From Candidatus Woesearchaeota archaeon (GTDB lineage: Archaea > Nanobdellota > Nanobdellia > SCGC-AAA011-G17 > JAPLZO01), in contig JAPLZO010000043.1 of the NCBI GenBank assembly GCA_026394995.1, forward strand, positions 1-38,584: a stretch of DNA of 38,584 nucleotides. Reading direction: 5' to 3'. Of this stretch, positions 1 through 7,700 are shown in pieces. The notes under the pieces are model-generated. The model was not told where the DNA came from. It made no database searches and was given only the letters and a program-made list of their open reading frames with translations. The position numbers were made by a program, and so were the translations under genes. Every line of letters starts with the position of its first letter. Position 1 is the stretch's first letter.

Positions 1-1
1 A

Positions 2-247
2 GCTCTATCTTTTATATTTGCAATACAAGAGTATCAACCAGCATCATTTTACTTATTAGATGAAGTAGATGCAGCATTAGATAAAAGAAACTCAGAGATG
101 TTGTCTAGATTAATAAATAAATATGCACAAAAAGCTCAATATATTTTAATATCACATAATGATTCCATTATTTCAGAAGCCAATCAAATTTATGGTGTCA
201 GCATGCAACAAAATGGTGTTTCTAAAGTTGTTAGTCTAAAAATTTAA
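2..247 (+). CDS. smc: SMC chromosome-segregation ATPase, C-terminal fragment (5' end lies outside the window)
   Basis: Frame-2 translation reads ...FYLLDEVDAALDKRNSEMLSRLINKYAQKAQYILISHNDSIISEANQIYGVSMQQNGVSKVVSLKI*. It shows the Walker B/D-loop 'LLDEVDAALD' and the SMC-type tail 'YGVSM..GVSKVV'. It is absent from the ORF track because no start codon lies in the window. Confidence 0.8.
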   Translation, partial: ALSFIFAIQEYQPASFYLLDEVDAALDKRNSEMLSRLINKYAQKAQYILISHNDSIISEANQIYGVSMQQNGVSKVVSLKI

Positions 248-1179
248 GGTAAAATTCTATATTTAGTATTACTCAATGTCCATTCACCAAATAATAAGAA
301 TAGTGCTAGTAGCATTAATAAAAATGATAGATTAAATGATAATTTTGTTTCTTTTGTTGTAGCCAAACTTTTAAAAACATCTTTTAGCTCTTCATTTGTT
401 ACAGCTCTATGATAACTACCTTGAGTTGTATCAGCAATATATTTTAAAGTATCTTCATCTAGATTAGATATTATATTCAATTCTTTTAAAAACTTACCAC
501 CTTCTTGTGTCCCAATACCAATAGTATGAATAACAATTTTTTCTTTACCTATACTTTTTAACGCTTCTTGAGGATTTATACCAATATTATTTTGACCATC
601 TGTTAATAATATTATTATTTTAGATCTTGTACCTGCTAACAATAAATTAGAACTAGTAATAATAGCTTCTCCAATTGCAGTTCCACCAGCAGTTTCAACT
701 TCTAAATTTTTAATAATATCTTTAGCATTACTTAAATCATCACTTAATTCTTGTTTTACAATTGGCACTCCAGAAAAAGATACTATTCCTACTCTAGAAT
801 TTCCTTTTAAAGAATCAATAAATAATAAAGCTGCATTTTTAGCTGCTTCTAACCTATTAGGTTGATAATCATCAGCCAACATACTACCAGATGCATCTAT
901 AGCTAAAACATAATCAAAATCACTTGCTTCTCCCTGATAATATAAAACAGGGCTAGTAACTGCTAATATAACCAATATTACTATAATTAATCTAACAATT
1001 AATTGCCCATAATTTCTAGGTAAAACTTTACCTCCTGTAACACGTTCTATAGCTTCATAATTAGCAAATCTTAATGCTCTTTTTCTTGTATGTTTTAATG
1101 TCCAAAAATGAGCCATTACCAAAATAGGTAAGCTTAATAAAAACCACAAATAAATTTTATCTGTAAAAATTAGCTCCAT
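244..1179 (-). CDS. von Willebrand factor A (VWA) domain membrane protein, BatA-like
   Basis: N-terminal TM helices, the MIDAS motif 'AIDASGSM', 'LLTDGQNN', and a C-terminal TM. Its start overlaps the upstream DUF58 gene by 10 nt (1170-1179), and it is the last gene of the MoxR operon. Confidence 0.85.
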   Translation of the reverse strand: MELIFTDKIYLWFLLSLPILVMAHFWTLKHTRKRALRFANYEAIERVTGGKVLPRNYGQLIVRLIIVILVILAVTSPVLYYQGEASDFDYVLAIDASGSMLADDYQPNRLEAAKNAALLFIDSLKGNSRVGIVSFSGVPIVKQELSDDLSNAKDIIKNLEVETAGGTAIGEAIITSSNLLLAGTRSKIIILLTDGQNNIGINPQEALKSIGKEKIVIHTIGIGTQEGGKFLKELNIISNLDEDTLKYIADTTQGSYHRAVTNEELKDVFKSLATTKETKLSFNLSFLLMLLALFLLFGEWTLSNTKYRILP

Positions 1180-2054
1180 CTTCTCTCTCTCAATCTAAAT
1201 AATCTTACTAATTCAGGTATAAAATCTTGGTCAGTTTCCAAAGCTAAAAAATCAATATCGCTTTTAATAAAAAAATTTTTTAAATAATCTTCTTGTTGCC
1301 TTACATAAGTTTCATATTGCTGTCTTATTTCTTTAGGATCAATTAATAATTGCCTACTAGACAAGCTATCTCCTAAAATAATTTCACCAACATTATCAGG
1401 CAAATGCCTATCTCGAGGGTCTCTTATCATTATACAAATAACATCAAATTTTTTAGATATAATTTTCATATGTTCTTCCCATTCTGGATCTAATTCAATA
1501 AAATCTGATATTATTATTACTAAAGATCTTTTCTTTAAAAATTTCATTACAAAATCAAGTGCAGAACTTAAATTGTAACCATCACCGTATAGACTTAAAT
1601 TTGATAATAATTTTAAAAATGCTTGAAATTGTCTTAACCCAGAACCTGGAGGTAAACTTCCACGTATTCTATCATTAAATAAAGCTAATCCTATATTATC
1701 ATTACTAGCTATTCCTACATATCCTAATGTAGCAACTAAATCATTAACATATTCATATTTTAATTTATCAATAGAACCAAATATCATTTTAGAACTAATA
1801 TCAACTAAAAAAAATATATTCAAATTTCTTTCTTCAACAAATTCCTTAACTAATAACTTATTAGATCTTGCACTTGCTTTCCAATCAATTAACCTTACAT
1901 CATCATTTGATGTATACTCTCTATAACCATCAAACTCCAAACCCCTACCTCTAAAAACACTCATATAATTCCCCAAAAAAATAGAATCAACTAATTTTCT
2001 TGTTATTATTTTTAATCTTTTAATTAGATTTGTGTCAACTTTTAATTCTTGCAT
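1170..2054 (-). CDS. DUF58 family protein (MoxR-associated)
   Basis: Carries the motif 'RGRGLEFDGYREYTSNDDVRLIDWKASAR' typical of DUF58. It starts 1 nt after the MoxR stop. Confidence 0.85.
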   Translation of the reverse strand: MQELKVDTNLIKRLKIITRKLVDSIFLGNYMSVFRGRGLEFDGYREYTSNDDVRLIDWKASARSNKLLVKEFVEERNLNIFFLVDISSKMIFGSIDKLKYEYVNDLVATLGYVGIASNDNIGLALFNDRIRGSLPPGSGLRQFQAFLKLLSNLSLYGDGYNLSSALDFVMKFLKKRSLVIIISDFIELDPEWEEHMKIISKKFDVICIMIRDPRDRHLPDNVGEIILGDSLSSRQLLIDPKEIRQQYETYVRQQEDYLKNFFIKSDIDFLALETDQDFIPELVRLFRLRERRWS

Positions 2055-2055
2055 T

Positions 2056-3045
2056 TTATGGAATTGGTATTTTTGATAAAATTTCAGAAATTATCATATC
2101 TGATGTTATACCTTCAACCTGTCCTTCATAATTTAATAATATCCTATGTCTTAAAACTTCATGAGCAATTTCTTTAACATCTTGAGGTGTAACATAAAAT
2201 CTACCTTTTAATATTGCATTAGCTTTACTACCTATATATAAACCAATAGATGCTCTTGGACTACCACCCCAACTTATGTATTTACCATACTTCAAATTAT
2301 ATTCATTTGGTCTTCTTGTAACATTAATCAGTTTTACTATATACTCTTTAATATCATCATTAACATAAACCTTTTTAACAAAATTTTGCATTTCAATTAT
2401 TTTTTTCCCAGAAATTACTTCTTTTAGATTATAATCTTCAAAATCCTTTATTGTAATATTTTTTTCTAAAATATCTTTTTCTTCTTTTTCTTTAGGATAA
2501 TCAATTAATAATTTAAATAAAAATCTATCAAGTTGGGCTTCTGGTAAAGAATAAACTCCTAGTGTCTCAATTGGGTTTAATGTAGCTAATACGAAAAATG
2601 GTTTTGGTAGTATCATAGTTTTACCACCTATTGTAACCTGTCTTTCTTGCATTGATTCAATTAAAGCTGATTGTACTTTCTGAGGACTTCTGTTAATTTC
2701 ATCAGCTAATATAAAATTAGTAAATATTGGTCCCTTAATAATAGAAAATCCTTTTTCTTTTGTATAAATAGTCATACCTAGAATATCTGTTGGTAATAAG
2801 TCTACTGTAAACTGTATTCTTTTGAAATCACAACCACTAATAGTAGCCAATGACTTGATTATTAAAGTTTTAGCTAATCCAGGAATACCCTCAACCAAAA
2901 CATGGCCCTTTGATAACATAGCTCTTAATAACCCATCTATAACAGATTCTTGTCCAACTATAACTTTAGACATCTCTTTTTTAAAATTATTAAGAATTTC
3001 TCTATATTCATCTATCTTTATCTTCGCCTCTTTATCCCCATGCAT
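2056..3045 (-). CDS. MoxR-family AAA+ ATPase
   Basis: Walker A 'GIPGLAKT', Walker B 'ILADEINR', and 'VLATLNPIE..G.Y.LPEAQLDRF' typical of MoxR/RavA-like ATPases. Confidence 0.9.
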   Translation of the reverse strand: MHGDKEAKIKIDEYREILNNFKKEMSKVIVGQESVIDGLLRAMLSKGHVLVEGIPGLAKTLIIKSLATISGCDFKRIQFTVDLLPTDILGMTIYTKEKGFSIIKGPIFTNFILADEINRSPQKVQSALIESMQERQVTIGGKTMILPKPFFVLATLNPIETLGVYSLPEAQLDRFLFKLLIDYPKEKEEKDILEKNITIKDFEDYNLKEVISGKKIIEMQNFVKKVYVNDDIKEYIVKLINVTRRPNEYNLKYGKYISWGGSPRASIGLYIGSKANAILKGRFYVTPQDVKEIAHEVLRHRILLNYEGQVEGITSDMIISEILSKIPIP

Positions 3046-3133
3046 ATTTAGAATATAAAATTAACCTATATATATATTTTACTACCATCTAAGAACGGAA
3101 AGTTTTATATAGTAGCTATACTTAATGCTCCGT

Positions 3134-3289
3134 ATGACTACCCACAATATAAAGAAGGGTAACATTAAATTAACGCTTTCTATAGATAAAAAAATTCTTT
3201 CTGATTTCAAAAAATATTGTGAAGAAGAAGGCATCATAATTTCCAAACAGATAGAAAAATTCATGAGGTCAAAGCTTAATGAAAAATAA
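3134..3289 (+). CDS. small ribbon-helix-helix (CopG/Arc/MetJ-like) DNA-binding protein, 51 aa, not in the ORF track
   Basis: Hand translation: MTTHNIKKGNIKLTLSIDKKILSDFKKYCEEEGIIISKQIEKFMRSKLNEK*. It has a beta-strand (IKLTLSI) followed by two helices. The TATA-like 'tttatata' at 3104-3111 lies about 26 nt upstream of the ATG, consistent with a leaderless mRNA. The stop overlaps the ATG of the 3279 gene. The listed antisense ORF 3082..3264 is probably its shadow. Confidence 0.6.
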   Translation: MTTHNIKKGNIKLTLSIDKKILSDFKKYCEEEGIIISKQIEKFMRSKLNEK

Positions 3290-4757
3290 CATTAAGTTCA
3301 GAATAGCTGTAATAATGTTTTTAGTACTTTTAGCTATTTTAATACCTAAATTGATATATGCTCAAGAAGAACCATCTGACACAATTAAGGTATCATTTCA
3401 TTATTTAGGTCAAAATATTTCAACAGAAATTGACTTAAAGAGATTCTTTGCAGCAACAAAATTAGAAAAGATATATTATGATTATGAGCCTAATGATAAT
3501 ATTATTATATCTATTGATCAAGACACAGGTGTAGCAACTTTATTGCCTAAACCTGGTTTTAAGGGTACAGAAATAGTTACATTTAAAGCTAAAAATGCAG
3601 AAACTATGAAGACAAATAGAACAAGGTCTCAATTTGAAGAAGGCACTAAAAAATCAGGTTTTGAAGAATTTAAAAAGAATATACTAAAAAATCTAAAATT
3701 AGATCCTATATTAAAAAGAGTAGATGATTTCTTAGATATAATTGACCAAAAAACATCTGGAATATTATTACCAATACGAGCATCTTTAAAAAAAGATAAT
3801 CTAGAAGTAAATATAGCAAATCAAGTTTTCTTAAGATTTAATAAGAATGGTACAAATCCACAATTCTCTATAAAGATTAACACATTAACAGTTCCCTTAA
3901 ATGAAACCTTAACAGCAACATGTTCAGATGGTGTTCAAAATCAAGATGAAAAAGGTGTTGATTGTGGTGGTCCATGTGAAACACAATGTACAAATGAAGA
4001 GCCTAAAAATATTGAAACTCCTAAAAAAGATTATTTACCAATTATATTTTTCACTTTATTAATTGTATTAGTAATAATTGCATTAACAGTATTATCCATC
4101 AAAAGTGAAAAAATTAAGTCTATATTCAAAGAAAAATTTAGATTTAAAAAATATAAGGTTTCAAAATCAGTGAATATAAAGGATATACCTCAGGTTAGTG
4201 AAGGAAAAATTGATCTTAAAAAATTATTTGGAATTGAATTAATACAGAGAATTGATTACTTAGATACAATAAAATCAAAAATGTCAAATAAAGAATTAAT
4301 AAAAGAATTATCTAAGATTATGAAATATTTCCTTGGAAAATTCTTTAATATTAGATATCAGTTTACATTAGATGAATTAAGAAATGAATTGGATGGAATT
4401 AAAATAAAAAATAAAGAGGGTATTATATTATTACTAGAAGATTTATCAGAAATAGAATATAGTCCAAAAGAGCCAGAAATTAAAACAGTATTAGATTTAA
4501 CGCAAAGATCTAAGAATATAATAGGTGAACTATCCAATTTAACACCTATAAAAATAAAAGAGATAAAACCTATGACACCAATAAAAGTAAAGGAACATTA
4601 CATAACACCTCATATAAAGGAACCTAAGATATTACAACAAAAAGAATTTGAAGAAAATTTCCATAAACAAGTTTCTAGCATATACCAGCATATAAAAGAG
4701 AAGAACTATGATCAAGCATTAACACGTTATCAACAATTACATAAAAAGAAAAATTAA
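3279..4757 (+). CDS. type I membrane surface protein with a 'GVDCGGPC' Cys knot and a Lys-rich cytoplasmic tail
   Basis: Sec-type signal peptide (MKNNIKFRIAVIMFLVLLAILIPKLIYA), an extracellular domain, 'CSDGVQNQDEKGVDCGGPCETQC', a TM helix (LPIIFFTLLIVLVIIALTVLSI), and a roughly 220-aa cytoplasmic tail with TPIK(I/V)KE repeats. No family was recognised. Confidence 0.7.
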   Translation: MKNNIKFRIAVIMFLVLLAILIPKLIYAQEEPSDTIKVSFHYLGQNISTEIDLKRFFAATKLEKIYYDYEPNDNIIISIDQDTGVATLLPKPGFKGTEIVTFKAKNAETMKTNRTRSQFEEGTKKSGFEEFKKNILKNLKLDPILKRVDDFLDIIDQKTSGILLPIRASLKKDNLEVNIANQVFLRFNKNGTNPQFSIKINTLTVPLNETLTATCSDGVQNQDEKGVDCGGPCETQCTNEEPKNIETPKKDYLPIIFFTLLIVLVIIALTVLSIKSEKIKSIFKEKFRFKKYKVSKSVNIKDIPQVSEGKIDLKKLFGIELIQRIDYLDTIKSKMSNKELIKELSKIMKYFLGKFFNIRYQFTLDELRNELDGIKIKNKEGIILLLEDLSEIEYSPKEPEIKTVLDLTQRSKNIIGELSNLTPIKIKEIKPMTPIKVKEHYITPHIKEPKILQQKEFEENFHKQVSSIYQHIKEKNYDQALTRYQQLHKKKN

Positions 4758-7700
4758 GGTTTATATATGTCTTGTTGAGCTTTTTTATGTAAAGCTAATA
4801 TTTGATGATAAATTTTCCTTTTATCTTTATTATTTAATTTATCATATAAGCTCATAATATCATTATATAATACTTCAGCACCTCTAAAGTCTCTTGTATT
4901 AATTAGATATTCCAATCTAGGTAATAAATTGTTTATTTGTTCTAATTCATCATATCTTGATTGAACCTCTCTTAATGAAATCTTACCTTCTTTTATAATA
5001 GGCTCTTCTTTATGTACTGTCTTATATATCCTATAACTAATAAAAATAATAAATAATACTAATATCCCAATTATTCCAATTAACCACCAATTTAATTGAG
5101 ATTTCTCAATTTTTTCTTTCTTTGCTAATAAATCTTTACAAGATTGTAAAGCTAAATCAATAGTACTCGAAGCTTCAGCATATTTTTTATTGTAGAAATA
5201 GTCTTCAGCTTGTACAATCATATCATTAAATACACTACATTCTTTATTTTTATTAAAGAATTCTTTAGTAAGATCAATTTTAGATTTTATAACAGATTCT
5301 TGTATTAATAACTCTAAAACAACATCTAAATATAAAGTTGTATATTTACTCAATCTAGGATCATCAACCTTAGCCATTACTTTAATTGTATATCTACCCT
5401 GAGATAATTCATAAGAACTTAAAGTTAAATCTAGGTTCTCATATTGACCCGCTCTCAAAAATGGTATTTTATCTTCACTAAGTTTCATACTTAAATTCTG
5501 GGCATTACTTTCAGTGCTCATGCTAATACCCGTTAAATCGACATCACCATTATTTCTTATAGTAATGGGTACTATAGTAGTATCTGTTGATAATATTGAT
5601 ATAATAGAAGGTACTATTATTTCCAAAGATGCTATTCTTTCTCTTACTTTTCTACCTCCACCACCTCCTCCACCACCAGAACTAGGACTACTAATAGTAG
5701 GTACTGTATAATTAACAGTCAAATTCCAAGTTCTAGAATAACCTTCTCTACTTATATTATCAGTACAATTAACACTCCAATTATAAACACTATTTGGTAA
5801 TGTCACATTAAATGTTTGATTAATAATTCTTGTTAAGTTATAACTTGTAACATTTATATTATTGTTTATAATTAAACTACAATTATTGATACTATTATTC
5901 ACATTACTAGTAACATTATATGTAAAGTTAACCGAATTAGATATAGACCATACAGAATCATTAAATGGATGTATCAATTGAACTATAGGTTTTCCAAGAC
6001 TAACATTAAAAGTCCAATTTTCAGGATAAAAATTAAATGCTTTAGCAGTATCATATACTCTACAATTCCATTTTACATCAACACCCTCAGCTATATCAGT
6101 AACAGTATATGTGCTCTCATTATTAATACCACTAAAATTAACCGAGTATTTTGGACCCCACACACCATCTAAATCATTATAAAATGTTATATTAAATAAA
6201 TCTCCATCTACATCATTTGCACTACAATTGAATATAACAGTACCATCATCATCTGTACTTGCATTAGCAGGACTGTTTAGAGTAACATTTGGAAGTACAT
6301 TTGTTATATTAAACCAAATAGTATAATTAGTAGCATCTATTCCATCAGATGCTTGTATTGTACAATTAGCATCAAAAATATTACTATAATTATATTGTGC
6401 AGGTGTAAAATCTAAATGGTTACCATCAGCATTAATCCCACAATTAACTCTATTAATATTTTTATCTACAACACTATAAATTAAATCAGTACTCTTATTT
6501 TCTACATCTCTAGCATAATCACTTAAATTATAAGTACTATTAAGACCTAAATCATGTAATGCTGTTATATTAAATGCTAACCAATATGGTGCATCATTTA
6601 CACTTAAAACATCTATTGTAATATTAATTAATCCACCTGCTTCTGTATCATTTACTCTTATTGTACAATTAACACTTCCTGTAAAATTAGCATAAGGTGT
6701 TAATGTTAAATTACCACTTGTTATATTAGTTGTACCACAATCTACTGCTGATAAATTTTCTTCTACTATTTCAAAGTATAAAAGATCATGTTCTATATCA
6801 TATGCATATCTCTTTAATGTGACATTAGTTATATTTAATGGTTCATCTTCCCAGATTGTTTGATTAGCTATAGTATGGTTCCACCAAGGTAAATCATTAA
6901 CAGGTGTTATATTAAATGTTATATTTTGAGATGCTTTAGCACCAGCTGTATCTGTTAATGTAAAATTAATAGTTGTTTCTCCAGATTGGTTAGCAGCTGG
7001 TTCAAATGTTACAACATCTGTTGAATTATCTATTGTAATTGTAACAAGAGATAAATTATAACCAGTAGTTGTCCAATTAAGAGCTTGTCTATTAGTTAGA
7101 TTATTATTCATATCCTCTACATCATGAGCATAATCTGTTAAGTTTAAAGTTAAGATAGTATCTTCAAGTGTTGTCTGATTAGGTATTATTGGATGTATCC
7201 AAGGAATTTGATTTATCCATAAAACATCTATTGTAACATTAATTAATCCACCTGCTTCTGTATCATTTACTCTTATTGTACAATTAACACTTCCTGTAAA
7301 ATTACCTGCTGGTAATAAAGTTAAATTATTTCCACTAACACCACAATCAACTGCACTTAGATTTTCTTCCATAATTTCAAAATACAACGTATTTCTTTCT
7401 ACATCACCAGCATAATTTCTTAAATCTAAAGAAATATTTAATGGTTCATTCTCCCAAATCGTCCTATTTTGTATTGTTGCATTCCACCATGGTAAATCAT
7501 TAACAGGTGTTACATTTACAGTTGTAACACCTGTTCCATTATTAAAACTTGTATCTGTTATATTAACTCTAACATTTGATATTCCACTCATATTAGCAGC
7601 AGGCATACCACAATCAACATATCTATTTCCATTAATAGAACAATTTATTAAACTTGAATTACTTTGGTAACCTATTGAATAATTCAATTGAGAAGCATTA

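Noticed and set aside
2822-3058. Antisense or shadow ORFs listed in the track inside larger genes: 2822..3058, 5514..5711, 5969..6172, 8049..8252, 10690..10884, 14435..14686, 19186..19398, 20275..20511, 21066..21281, 28533..28751, 29871..30116, 30300..30551, 30910..31134, 33795..34028, 34185..34367, 35848..36042, 37149..37478.
   Set aside because: Each lies wholly or largely inside a well-supported gene on the opposite strand (34185..34367 and 35848..36042 only partly, running on into spacer DNA). Their translations are low-complexity (Ile/Leu/Phe/Ser/Lys-rich or mirror-image composition, for example PPPPPPPP opposite GGGGGGG) and show no recognisable motifs. Such frames stay open easily in AT-rich DNA.
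3082-3264. 60-aa minus-strand ORF in the MoxR/3279 spacer.
   Set aside because: The opposite strand encodes a much more protein-like RHH pattern (3134-3289) with a promoter-like TATA box. The minus ORF has no start context and a hydrophobic nonsense-like sequence.
5650-5680. The Gly7-encoding tract, and the Gly runs at 16500-16930, as slipped-strand phase-variation switches.
   Set aside because: The DNA is not homopolymeric or a simple SSR (mixed cca/cct/acc and ggt/gga/ggc codons), so slippage is unlikely. Length variation by recombination remains possible but is not supported here.
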